A stretch of DNA of 42,932 nucleotides from Opitutia bacterium. GTDB taxonomy: Bacteria; Verrucomicrobiota; Verrucomicrobiia; Opitutales; T3Sed10-336. Under the pieces are notes generated by a model. That model was not told where the DNA came from, searched no databases, and saw only the letters and a list, made by a program, of their open reading frames with translations. Location of the stretch: NCBI GenBank assembly GCA_003566375.1, contig PXDN01000107.1, positions 1-42,932 on the forward strand. The letters run 5' to 3'. Below are positions 28,935 through 37,761 of this stretch, in pieces. Made by a program: the position numbers and the translations under genes. Positions within the stretch are counted from its first letter, which is position 1, and every line of letters starts with the position of its first letter.

Positions 28935-30433
28935 AACATGAAATAAACCCTTTCCACAATAAGCCGCGCCAGCGTCAGCGGACTCCACCAGCTGGCGGCA
29001 AACACCCCTACCAGGACCGACACCACGGCGGTGATCAGCGGCGGCCACAGCAGCATCCACGGTGCTTCAAGGCGCCGGTTGGGACGTTTGTCGGCCCAGC
29101 CGCCGACTGGTGGCGGGGCGAACCACGCGGCATGAATAATCGGCAAAAAATACACCGCGTTCAGCGCGCTGCTGCCCAGCAAAACCATCACCACCCACGG
29201 TTGTCCGCTGTCCAACGCGCCGATGCTCAAATACCATTTGCTGACAAAGCCGGCAATGGGAGGCAAACCGATCATCCCAAACGCGCCGATGGTGAAGGCC
29301 CCCATCGTCAGCGGCAGGCGGCGGCCAATTCCGTTAAGTTCACTGACCTTGCTCAGACCGGTGGTCTCGGCAATGTTGCCGGCGCAAAAGAACAGGGTGA
29401 TTTTCATGATCCCCTGGTGCACCAAATGGACGATGGCGCCCACGGAACTGAGCATCCCCGGCACCGCCGCGCCCAGCGCGATGTAGGAAAGTTGGCTGAC
29501 GGTGGAAAACGCCAGGCGTTTCTTCAAATCATCCTGCGCAATCGCGCGGATCGATCCATAGATAATCGTAAAAGCGGCGATAAAAGCCAGGGGGTTGAGC
29601 ACCGACAAAGCGGTTGCCAGTTCGATCCCGTAAACATCGTAGATCAGGCGGATGATCCCAAAAGCCCCCGCCTTGACCACCGCCACCGCGTGCAGCAGGG
29701 CGCTCACCGGCGCCGGCGCGACCATCGCCACCGGCAACCAACCGTGCAGGGGAAAGATCGCCGCCTTGGCCGCGAAACCGGCCAACAAGATGAAAAACAG
29801 GATTTTCAGCTCCAACGGGTGCGTTTCAACAAATCCGGCCAAATGAATGCCTTGGGCAAATTCCACCTCCCCGGCCAACACCGACAGGCCCACTATCCCG
29901 ACAAACAACACGGTCCCCCCGCCGATGGTGTAAAACAGGTAGTTGCGTCCGGCTTCCACCGCTTTTTGGGTGCCGCGGTGCACCACCAGCGGGTAGGTGG
30001 TCAGCGTCAAAAACTCATAGAAAACAAAAAAGGTTACCAGATTGCCCGACAAAGCGATGCCGGTGCTCGCCGTCACGCACATGCTGAAAAAGCCGAAAAA
30101 GCGGCGGCGGTTGGGGGACCCTTCGAGATAACCGATGGCATAGATGGTGGTGATCAACCAAAGAATGCTCGACAGGCCGGCGAACAACAGCGCGAGCGCA
30201 TCAATCCGCAGCATGAATTGCAAATCCACCGTAACCTGAAACGTAAACGCGTATTCCTGGCCACTGCGGTAACCGAAGTAAACCAGGATCAGCAGAAGCA
30301 ACTTGAGGACGGCCCCGAACAAATTCAGCGCGGTGCGGGTGCGAATCGAGGATTCGGACAGGAAGAAAATCAGCACCCCGGGAATGAGCGAGCTGCAGAC
30401 AATTAACAAAGGCAGCAAGACGTTCCAGTTCAT
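28931..30433 (-). CDS. mrpD: MrpD-family antiporter subunit (D2)
   Basis: FFVFYEFLT, KAAIFPLHGWLPVAMVAPAPVSALLHAVAVVKAG, DDLKKRLAFSTVSQ, HQGIMKITLFF, GFVSKW. Confidence 0.93.
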   Translation of the reverse strand: MNWNVLLPLLIVCSSLIPGVLIFFLSESSIRTRTALNLFGAVLKLLLLILVYFGYRSGQEYAFTFQVTVDLQFMLRIDALALLFAGLSSILWLITTIYAIGYLEGSPNRRRFFGFFSMCVTASTGIALSGNLVTFFVFYEFLTLTTYPLVVHRGTQKAVEAGRNYLFYTIGGGTVLFVGIVGLSVLAGEVEFAQGIHLAGFVETHPLELKILFFILLAGFAAKAAIFPLHGWLPVAMVAPAPVSALLHAVAVVKAGAFGIIRLIYDVYGIELATALSVLNPLAFIAAFTIIYGSIRAIAQDDLKKRLAFSTVSQLSYIALGAAVPGMLSSVGAIVHLVHQGIMKITLFFCAGNIAETTGLSKVSELNGIGRRLPLTMGAFTIGAFGMIGLPPIAGFVSKWYLSIGALDSGQPWVVMVLLGSSALNAVYFLPIIHAAWFAPPPVGGWADKRPNRRLEAPWMLLWPPLITAVVSVLVGVFAASWWSPLTLARLIVERVYFML

Positions 30434-31962
30434 GGAAGTTCCTCCCCTCCGCCGCTAATCATTTCCACGGCATTTCCAAAACCCGAGGTGCCCTCCAACA
30501 AACCGGTCACCCACTCCGCGGGCAGCGCCACCACGATCGCCGCAATGGCAAGCACCAGCGCGCAGGCCTGCAATCCGGGCGGAACCGGTCGTAACGGGGT
30601 CTCCTTGAGAGCGGGGGCAAAGGCAAGGCGCAGGATCATGAACACATAGCCGGCCGTCAACAAACTGCCGACCAGGATAAAAGGCACCCACCACCATTGG
30701 CCGCTGGCAAAAACCGCCTTCAGCAACATCCACTTGGCCAGGAAGCCGCCGCTCGGCGGCAGCCCGATCAAGCTGACCCCGGCAAGCCCGATCGCAAAGG
30801 TTGTCATCGGCAACCGTCCCACCATGTTCAACAGCGAATCCTTGTGGTCGTTCCCAACCGCAATCACCAGCACGCCGACGCCAAGGAAGAAGGCCGCCTT
30901 GGCAAAGCCGTGCGCCAGCACCTGGTAGATGGCGCCGGTCCAGGCGAACACGGTCCAGTCCGGCGTTTGTGCCATCCCCAGCGGCACCGTGATCAGGGGA
31001 AACAACAGAAAGAGGTAACCGATCTGGGCGACGGAAGAATGCGCGATCACCAACTTCAAACGCTGCTGGCGCAGCGCCTGAAACGAACCCCAAATCACCG
31101 CGACCGCCCCGAGCGCGCCAAGAACCTGCCCGGCCGCAAAGGTAAGCGAGACTCCAAACATTTCGACCCAGAGCCGCAGAATGATGAAAAACGTGCCTTT
31201 CAAAACCAGCGCCGAGAGGATGGCGCTGACCGGCGGCTCGGCCGATGAATGGGCCGGCGGCAGCCAAAAATGCAGCGGAAAGACCGCCGTCTTCACCATC
31301 AGCCCGGCCAGGATCAGGGCAAAGGCAATTTTCGCTGTCGGTCCCGTTTCCAAAGCCGCCGCCGCCAGCCCGATATCAAGCGCGCCCGTCGCGCCAAAAA
31401 TCAACGCCACTCCCATCAGGTAAGCCAGGGAGCCGACAATGGCGGCGAGCAGGTAGCGCAAACCGGCGACCATCGCCGGGTTTTTGCCGGACAACACCGC
31501 CAGGGCCACGGCGGCAATCCCAACCACCTCGATCACCACATAGAGGTTGAACAAATCCTCGGCCAGGTACATCCCATTCAAACCCGCCCACAACAACAGC
31601 CAGAGCGGCCAGAACATCGAAGCGCGGGCGGGATTTTCCACCACTTTGTCAAAATAGACCCGCGCGTAAAAACTCACCACGCCGCCGACCAGCCCGGTCA
31701 TCAAAATAAACACCGCTGAAAGGCCGTCGAGCTTCAGCCCAATCCCCAACGGCGGCGGCCAACCGCCAAGCGCATGCGACAACGAGCCTCCGCCGGCAAT
31801 CACCGCTCCGGCCAACACCGCGAGGGAGGTCGTCAGCCAGGCAAAAACCAACCCCGCCGGCCCCCGTGCCTTCGGCGGCAACAGAAACGTCACCACCCCC
31901 CCCGCAATCGGCAGGATCACCAACCAAGCGGGCAGGTTTTTCAGTAGCAAGAGCGCGGTCAC
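30430..31962 (-). CDS. mrpD: MrpD-family antiporter subunit (D1)
   Basis: HALGGWPPPLGI.LKLDGLS, DLFNLYVVIEV, KTAVFPLHFWLPPAH, AHGFAKA, GLPPSGGFLAKW. GTG start at 31962 (GGAGG 7 nt upstream, GTGA overlap with the mrpC stop). Confidence 0.92.
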   Translation of the reverse strand: MTALLLLKNLPAWLVILPIAGGVVTFLLPPKARGPAGLVFAWLTTSLAVLAGAVIAGGGSLSHALGGWPPPLGIGLKLDGLSAVFILMTGLVGGVVSFYARVYFDKVVENPARASMFWPLWLLLWAGLNGMYLAEDLFNLYVVIEVVGIAAVALAVLSGKNPAMVAGLRYLLAAIVGSLAYLMGVALIFGATGALDIGLAAAALETGPTAKIAFALILAGLMVKTAVFPLHFWLPPAHSSAEPPVSAILSALVLKGTFFIILRLWVEMFGVSLTFAAGQVLGALGAVAVIWGSFQALRQQRLKLVIAHSSVAQIGYLFLLFPLITVPLGMAQTPDWTVFAWTGAIYQVLAHGFAKAAFFLGVGVLVIAVGNDHKDSLLNMVGRLPMTTFAIGLAGVSLIGLPPSGGFLAKWMLLKAVFASGQWWWVPFILVGSLLTAGYVFMILRLAFAPALKETPLRPVPPGLQACALVLAIAAIVVALPAEWVTGLLEGTSGFGNAVEMISGGGEELP

Positions 31963-32267
31963 GCGTCGTCCTCCCCGCCAAAGCGGTCTTGCCCGCTTTG
32001 CAAACGTATCCGCCGCGCCAGGGCAAGGGCGAAGGCCGCCGCGCTGACGGCCACCACGATGCCGGTGATCACCATGGCATGCGGAACCGGGTCGGCGAAC
32101 TCCAGCGCGTCCCGCTCGGCTATGCTCACCAGGAGCAGGAAAACCCCGCCGCCCAGGATTTTGGTGGCGATGATTTTCTTGAAAAAGCGCTCGCACAGAA
32201 AAACCGCCGCCAGCCCAATGGCAAACAACCCCACCGCGACGATGGCATAGACTTCATGAGTTTCCAT
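31959..32267 (-). CDS. mrpC: Na+/H+ antiporter subunit C
   Basis: LFAIGL, KKIIA, ADPVPHAMVITGIVVAVS. Start METHEVY with AGGAGG upstream. Confidence 0.93.
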   Translation of the reverse strand: METHEVYAIVAVGLFAIGLAAVFLCERFFKKIIATKILGGGVFLLLVSIAERDALEFADPVPHAMVITGIVVAVSAAAFALALARRIRLQSGQDRFGGEDDA

Positions 32268-33342
32268 CCCGCCCGCCTCCTTTCCATCCAAGCTCCGGCG
32301 CCTGCGCCATACCGGTGAAATAGACAAAAAAACAGGTCAGGGTGAGCCCGATCGACAAGGTTGCGAAGGCTTCCACCCACAATATCAGCCAGCCCGCGTG
32401 GGCGGCCGGGTATTCAAGAAACGCCCGGTCCAGCACCATGAAGCCGATCCCGGCGAGGAGGAAAAAAGCAAACCCAATGGCCAAACCAAGTTTCCAGACC
32501 CACCGCGGCATCGCCTCAACAAAGTGCCACCCGGCCAGCTGCAACAAAATCCCCGCCGCGCCCAGCACAACCCCGGCCTGAAAGGCCCCGCCCGGATACG
32601 CCTTGCCCAGCCACAGCAAATATCCCGCGACCAGCACCATGACCGGCGCAAGCAAGCGCGCCAGCCGATCGATCAACAAATCCCGCTCGGTGGAGACCTC
32701 GCCGCGCCGAAAACCCTCAAAGCCACCGGCACAGAAGATCGCCAACATCGCGATCAGCAAAACCCCCACCTCCAGCCAAGTATCATAGCTGCGGAAGTTC
32801 AACAAAACCGCCGTCACCGGATGCTCCACCCCGGAACGTTCCAAGGCTTCGGCGGAGGCCGCGGTCAAGCCGCCGCCGACCGGCATTCCCCACACCGCCG
32901 TCAGCAGAAAACCGGCGAAAACACCCGTGCCCAATAAAACCATCGCCGTCTGCAGGGCCGGCTTTGAAAACACAACCCCCTCGGGCTTAGGCACGCCCCA
33001 GAATCGCTTCCCGCGCGGCTCAGGGCCGGAAGGCCCGCCGACCGGGGCTTGCGGAGAGTCTCCCCTTTCGGTTGATCCATCCATCACGGAACCGCCGCCG
33101 GAGGGTTCGAAATCCCGCAGCGAGTGGATCAGCAAAACGCCGAGCAGCCCCGCGCCAATGGCGGCCTCGGCCAAGGCCACGTCCGGTGCGGCCAACCGCG
33201 CCCATGCCAGCGCAAGGGTCAGACCGAAGGCGATAAACGTAACCGCGCTTTGATAAAGACCGCCCACCAGCACCGCGCGCAGGGCCAGCAGTAAAATCAG
33301 CACCGCCAACACACAGTCGAGGAGGAGATTGAGCACGCTCAT
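32254..33342 (-). CDS. mrpB: DUF4040 + MnhB fusion (Mrp subunit B, carrying the MrpA C-terminal part)
   Basis: APDVALAEAAIGAG (DUF4040), HPVTAVLLNFRSYDTWLEV, PGGAFQAG (MnhB), with a ~50-aa Gly/Pro-rich linker. Confidence 0.9.
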   Translation of the reverse strand: MSVLNLLLDCVLAVLILLLALRAVLVGGLYQSAVTFIAFGLTLALAWARLAAPDVALAEAAIGAGLLGVLLIHSLRDFEPSGGGSVMDGSTERGDSPQAPVGGPSGPEPRGKRFWGVPKPEGVVFSKPALQTAMVLLGTGVFAGFLLTAVWGMPVGGGLTAASAEALERSGVEHPVTAVLLNFRSYDTWLEVGVLLIAMLAIFCAGGFEGFRRGEVSTERDLLIDRLARLLAPVMVLVAGYLLWLGKAYPGGAFQAGVVLGAAGILLQLAGWHFVEAMPRWVWKLGLAIGFAFFLLAGIGFMVLDRAFLEYPAAHAGWLILWVEAFATLSIGLTLTCFFVYFTGMAQAPELGWKGGGRDGNS

Positions 33343-33668
33343 GGGGGATCATCTCCTTCCGATTTCGGTTCAACGGCCTTGCCGCCGCTTTTGTGGGTCA
33401 AATGAAAATGACCGATGGCATAGCAGCCGGTTGAACCCGCCAGCAGGGCCAACGCCCAGATTACGCCCAGCTTCAGCCCTTCCCAGACCACGGTGGTTTG
33501 AAAGACCAGCCCCAGTATCAGCAGCCCGAGCCCGAGGTTGTCAGCCTTGGTCAGCGCATGCAGCCTCGACCACAAGTCGGGAAAACGCAGCAACCCCACC
33601 GTGCCGGCCAGGATGAAAAAGCCGCCCGCCACCATAAAGACGACCGTTACCCAGTCGTTCCAGGCCAT
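33339..33668 (-). CDS. mrpG: Na+/H+ antiporter subunit G
   Basis: GTVGLLRFPDLWSRLHALTKADNLG. Confidence 0.94.
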   Translation of the reverse strand: MAWNDWVTVVFMVAGGFFILAGTVGLLRFPDLWSRLHALTKADNLGLGLLILGLVFQTTVVWEGLKLGVIWALALLAGSTGCYAIGHFHLTHKSGGKAVEPKSEGDDPP

Positions 33669-33949
33669 CAGTGCGCGCCTCCGCCTTTGTGCGCATCACG
33701 ATTCACGGCGGTGCGCAAGAAACAAACCACCACCATCACCGCCAGCAAGACAAACGCCAGAGAGACGTTGCGCAACGCGGGTTGTTGCAACAACTCCGCC
33801 AACACCAGCAGCGCCCCCACTCCGGTCGAGCCAAACAACTGGGCGGCCGTCAAACGGTCCGCAACCGAAGGCCCGCGCGCCAGCCGAACCATCGCCGCCG
33901 CAATGTTGAGCATCAAAAAACAAAGGAATGTTGCGTAGAAAAAATCCAT
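33668..33949 (-). CDS. mrpF: Na+/H+ antiporter subunit F
   Basis: RLARGPSVADRL; three TM segments; TGATG overlap with mrpG. Start placed at MDFFYAT. Confidence 0.9.
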   Translation of the reverse strand: MDFFYATFLCFLMLNIAAAMVRLARGPSVADRLTAAQLFGSTGVGALLVLAELLQQPALRNVSLAFVLLAVMVVVCFLRTAVNRDAHKGGGAH

Positions 33950-34178
33950 AACCACCAATCCGCTTGAAGCCACAACGATACCCGGCGGCAAATCCTTGCC
34001 ATGAGGATGCAAGGCAAGGCAGTCCATGCAAGCCGGAGGCTCCGATTTTCCGGCTCTATCCCCGGAACGGGGATTGAGGACACGGGTGGAATATTTTTGT
34101 GCGATACAAATGGCAATGGGGTTGGGAAACCGCTTCCGGCTTTAAGCCCCACCCAACACCGCGATGGAGCGGGGCGGT

Positions 34179-35432
34179 TCAATCCGTCTCCGGCCCGTCC
34201 TGGATCGCTTGCAACGCGCCGAGCAACCCGAGGGCGCTGTCCCGGCCGAGTTCATGGTAATCCGATTCGGTCCAGTCGGGGATGAAAGCGATTTCCAAAG
34301 TGAAGGCTTCCACCGCCCCCAGGGTTTTCCGCCCCCATTGGCGCACGTTGTTGGGATTGCGGGAGAGCCGGAATCCCAAATCGGGACGCGCCTCCCGAAA
34401 GGCCAGGAAATACGGTTGCTCCGCGCCATCTTCCCTCTCGTCCCAAATCTCATACTTCCCTCCCCGCATGGAATGGTAATCCACCACCACCGCCGCTTTC
34501 CCGCCGGTGTCTTTCGTAATCGCCTCGATCATCCGGCGCACCTGGGTGTGGGCCGGGTCATCGTGCCAATCCCGGTTCACGTTGACGCGGGGCGCTTCCG
34601 GAGCGGTACGCATGTACCCCGCCCAGCGCCCTTCCGGATTCACCTGGGGATAGACATGCACCACCGCCCGGCGGCGAATCTCGGCGGCGGCCGGGTCGCC
34701 GCTGATCAGAAAATTCACTTTCCCCTCCAGCACGTGATGGGCCGTCACCTCGCTGGCGTGCGTGCCGCTGGTCAAGACCACGTTCACCTTCTCCCCGTTG
34801 GCCACGGCGGAATCGGTGATGCGGAAACCGATCAAGGGCAGCCGGGGAATTTCACGCCCGAGATCGTCCCGGTAACCGCCGTTTTCCGTGCCGGGAGTGA
34901 AGTCGATGAGAAAATACCGGTTGGCGTCGGGCACCGGGGTGACCCACTCCGAGTCAAAGAGGGAGCGCGCGTGCTCCAAAGTGCGGGCCACCGGATAAGG
35001 CAGCGCGTAGGCGATGCGGACGGTGTCCTGTCCGAACGGTTCGTCGGCGGTGAAAACGTAATGTCCGTCAGCCCGTCCTCCGTTGCCGAAATAGGCAAAC
35101 GTTTCCCCGCCGTCCAAACTGTAAACATAGCGGTGGGCCGCCAAATGGGCGCGGGTGGCGTTCCCGGCAAGCTCCACCCGAAAGGTCGGCCGCTTCCCTT
35201 CCACTCCGTTGATGTCGAAATAAAACCAGCGCCCGCTCGACATCACGTCACGCCGTCCGAGGGTGATCACCGGCTCGTCGCTGTCGGCCTTTTCCACCGT
35301 GGTGGCTTCGATGTTGAGCGAACCGCTGTCAAAATCCTGGTTGAAGGAGATCGACGCGGCCACCGCCACATGCGCAAGGCAAACGGCCAGGGTCGGAATC
35401 AGCAGTCCTGGTTTTCTAATTTTAAGGTTCAT
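34179..35432 (-). CDS. Secreted M14-family zinc carboxypeptidase with CCP-like N-terminal domain
   Basis: Signal peptide (..AHVAVAA), FDSGSL, WFYF, IAYALPYP, zinc ligands GTHASE and DYHS, PQVNPEG, NVNRDW, FTLE. Confidence 0.85.
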   Translation of the reverse strand: MNLKIRKPGLLIPTLAVCLAHVAVAASISFNQDFDSGSLNIEATTVEKADSDEPVITLGRRDVMSSGRWFYFDINGVEGKRPTFRVELAGNATRAHLAAHRYVYSLDGGETFAYFGNGGRADGHYVFTADEPFGQDTVRIAYALPYPVARTLEHARSLFDSEWVTPVPDANRYFLIDFTPGTENGGYRDDLGREIPRLPLIGFRITDSAVANGEKVNVVLTSGTHASEVTAHHVLEGKVNFLISGDPAAAEIRRRAVVHVYPQVNPEGRWAGYMRTAPEAPRVNVNRDWHDDPAHTQVRRMIEAITKDTGGKAAVVVDYHSMRGGKYEIWDEREDGAEQPYFLAFREARPDLGFRLSRNPNNVRQWGRKTLGAVEAFTLEIAFIPDWTESDYHELGRDSALGLLGALQAIQDGPETD

Positions 35433-35605
35433 AAATTGTCAGGTTTGAATTCGGAAAGTTGGCGGAGTTGGGATGTGCCGAAACCGGAAAGAGATCATGG
35501 TTTTCGGTTTCGAGGATACCAACGAAGCCCGGCGGCGATGGCAAACTCCGATTGGAATTTGAGTTGAAATCGGCCGGTCGATGCCAAACCTTTTCGCAAC
35601 CACCC

Positions 35606-37234
35606 ATGAAACGCGCTTATCCGATTCTCTCCGCCGCCCTGCTCGGCGGCCTGTTGGCACTCACCGGTTGCGGCGGCCGCGAATCCGCCGTCGAGGCGGG
35701 CGACCGCGATCAGGTTCTCCACCTCTCCATCGGCGCCGAACCGGAGGGGCTCGATCCCCACCTCATCACCAGCGTGGCCGCCTCCGACGTGCTCCGCGTG
35801 CTGATGGAGGGGTTGGTCAGCCTGGATGCCCGCGACTTGTCGCCGGTGCCCGGGGCGGCTGAATCCTGGGAGGTTTCGGAGGATGGCCTCGTTTACACGT
35901 TTCACCTGCGGGAAGACGGGCGCTGGTCCAACGGTGATCCGGTCACGGCTGAGGATTTTCTCTTTTCTTACCGCCGCATGCTTTCTCCGCGGCTTGGCAG
36001 TCAATACGCCTACATGCTCTGGGTGGTGGAAAACGCCCGCGCCTACAACACCGGCGGGATTGACGACTTTTCCCAAGTCGGCTTTCAAGCTCCCGATGAA
36101 CGAACCCTGGTTGTCCGCCTGGCCCACCCGACTCCCTACTTTCTCTCCCTAATCACCCATGCCTCCTGGTATCCGGTTCATCCCGACACCATTCTCGCGC
36201 ACGGACGGATCGACGATCCGCACACGCCGTGGACGCGTCCGGGCCGGTTTGTGAGCAACGGCCCTTTCACCCTGACCGAATGGCGCACCCACCAGCACAT
36301 CGTGGCCCGGCCCAACCCTCATTACTGGGACCGGGAAACGGTCCGCTTGAACGAAGTCCGCCTGCACCCGATCGCCAGCCCCGACACCGAGGACCGCGCG
36401 TTCCGGTCCGGACAGATCCACATCACCAAAAACGCTCCGCCGGAGCGCATCACCGCCTACAAACGCGACCGCCCGGAAATCGTTCACTCCGCCCCGTATC
36501 TCGGCGTCTATTATTTCCGGTTCAATACCGAGCGGGAAGGCTTGAGCGATCCGCGGGTGCGGCGCGCCCTTTCGCTCGCCATCGACCGGGAGAGCCTGGT
36601 GCGCAATGTCCTGCACGGGCACATGGACCCGGCCTGGTTTTTCACCCCGCCCGACACCGCCGGCTACACCAGTGAATCCCGGGTGGAATTCGACCCGGAG
36701 GCCGCCCGCGAACTTCTCGCCGAGGCCGGGTTTCCCGGCGGGGAAGGATTCCCCCGTTTCGAGCTGTTGTTCAACACCCAGGACACCCACCGCCGCATCG
36801 CCGAAGCCCTGCAACAGATGTGGCGGGAACACCTCAACGTCCACATCACGCTGGTCAACCAGGAGTGGCAGGTCTATCTCGCCTCCGTGCGCGGGGGCAA
36901 CTACGACATCGGCCGCGCCGCCTGGATCGGGGATTATCACGACCCCAACACCTTTCTCGACATGTGGGTGACCGACGGCGGCAACAACAACACCGGCTGG
37001 TCCAACACCCGCTACGACGACCTGATCGAGGCGGCGGCCCGGGCGGACGGGCCGGAGGAGCGCCACGCCCTTTTCCAAGAGGCCGAGGCGATCCTGCTGG
37101 AGGAGTTGCCGGTGACTCCGGTTTATCACTACCGCTCCGCCTACCTGGTGAGCCCGAGCGTGCGCGGCTGGCAGGCCAACGTGCTCGACCACCAGCAGAT
37201 CAAACACATCTGGCTGGAACCCCTGGAGGAGTGA
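35606..37234 (+). CDS. oppA: Oligopeptide ABC transporter substrate-binding lipoprotein (SBP family 5)
   Basis: Lipobox LTGC, EPEGLDP, EGLV, PGAAESWEVSEDGLVYTFHLR..RWSNGDPVTAEDF, SNGPF, RVRRALSLAIDRE, WIGDYHDPNTFL. Start at MKRAYP. Confidence 0.93.
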   Translation: MKRAYPILSAALLGGLLALTGCGGRESAVEAGDRDQVLHLSIGAEPEGLDPHLITSVAASDVLRVLMEGLVSLDARDLSPVPGAAESWEVSEDGLVYTFHLREDGRWSNGDPVTAEDFLFSYRRMLSPRLGSQYAYMLWVVENARAYNTGGIDDFSQVGFQAPDERTLVVRLAHPTPYFLSLITHASWYPVHPDTILAHGRIDDPHTPWTRPGRFVSNGPFTLTEWRTHQHIVARPNPHYWDRETVRLNEVRLHPIASPDTEDRAFRSGQIHITKNAPPERITAYKRDRPEIVHSAPYLGVYYFRFNTEREGLSDPRVRRALSLAIDRESLVRNVLHGHMDPAWFFTPPDTAGYTSESRVEFDPEAARELLAEAGFPGGEGFPRFELLFNTQDTHRRIAEALQQMWREHLNVHITLVNQEWQVYLASVRGGNYDIGRAAWIGDYHDPNTFLDMWVTDGGNNNTGWSNTRYDDLIEAAARADGPEERHALFQEAEAILLEELPVTPVYHYRSAYLVSPSVRGWQANVLDHQQIKHIWLEPLEE

Positions 37235-37526
37235 CAGGCCCGTGGCATTCTTTTTCTCGCGTTTCCGACTCTGTCGGCTCATTGGATCAATTCAATAATC
37301 CAACCACCATCTGAAGCCATCCCCCTAATGACCCATCACCGTTTAGTTTACTATCAGTGATTCATGCGGCCTTTGAGGAAAGCGGAAATTCGGCGCTCCA
37401 AAGCAGCCGTCAGGCCCACCTCGGTTGAGGGGTGAATTGGACCGAACCGGATGCTGCCTCACGGAAGGCGGAAAAGAGGGCGACCGTTGATTCTGGTTTC
37501 GCTGAACAACCCATCCATTCTCCCAC

Positions 37527-37552
37527 AAAAAACGCCCGGTTTCGACCCGGCG
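37527..37552 (-). terminator. Candidate intrinsic terminator for the 40578-37762 unit
   Basis: Minus strand CGCCGGGT-CGAA-ACCGGGCG-TTTTTT (8-bp stem with one mismatch, U6 tail), about 210 nt after the 37762 stop. Confidence 0.55.
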
Positions 37553-37689
37553 CGCGTGTCGACAATTCCCCGGCCGCGGCAAAACGGTGTCGGCCACCAT
37601 GCATTCTTTCCGGTTGGCGTCAGCAAAGCGGTTGAGGCAGCTCCAATATCTTCATCAAGAAAGCCCGCTGCCGACGGGTTGGCGGAAAT

Positions 37690-37752
37690 CATCGGGTAAG
37701 ACCCAATGCCACGATACACACGGAGATCGTCGGGTAAAACCCGATGCGCCAC
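37690..37752 (-). repeat. Two tandem REP-like palindromes
   Basis: Minus strand GTGG-CG-CATCGGGT-TTT-ACCCGACG (37752-37728) and GTGG-CATTGGGT-CTT-ACCCGATG (37712-37690). Confidence 0.6.
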
Positions 37753-37761
37753 AAAGACCGC

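Noticed and set aside
21509-33949. Complex I, hydrogenase-4 or MBH/MBS respiratory complex
   Set aside because: No NuoH-like, Fe-S or catalytic hydrophilic subunits in the locus; the small subunits are Mrp B/C/E/F/G types.
33987-34001. Sigma54 promoter upstream of mrpF (TGGCAAGGATTTGC)
   Set aside because: GG-to-GC spacing is 9 nt rather than the required 10.
37235-37690. Small ORFs or an RNA gene in the oppA downstream gap
   Set aside because: The ORFs of 63-97 aa have no motifs or convincing starts, and no tRNA cloverleaf or known ncRNA consensus was recognised.
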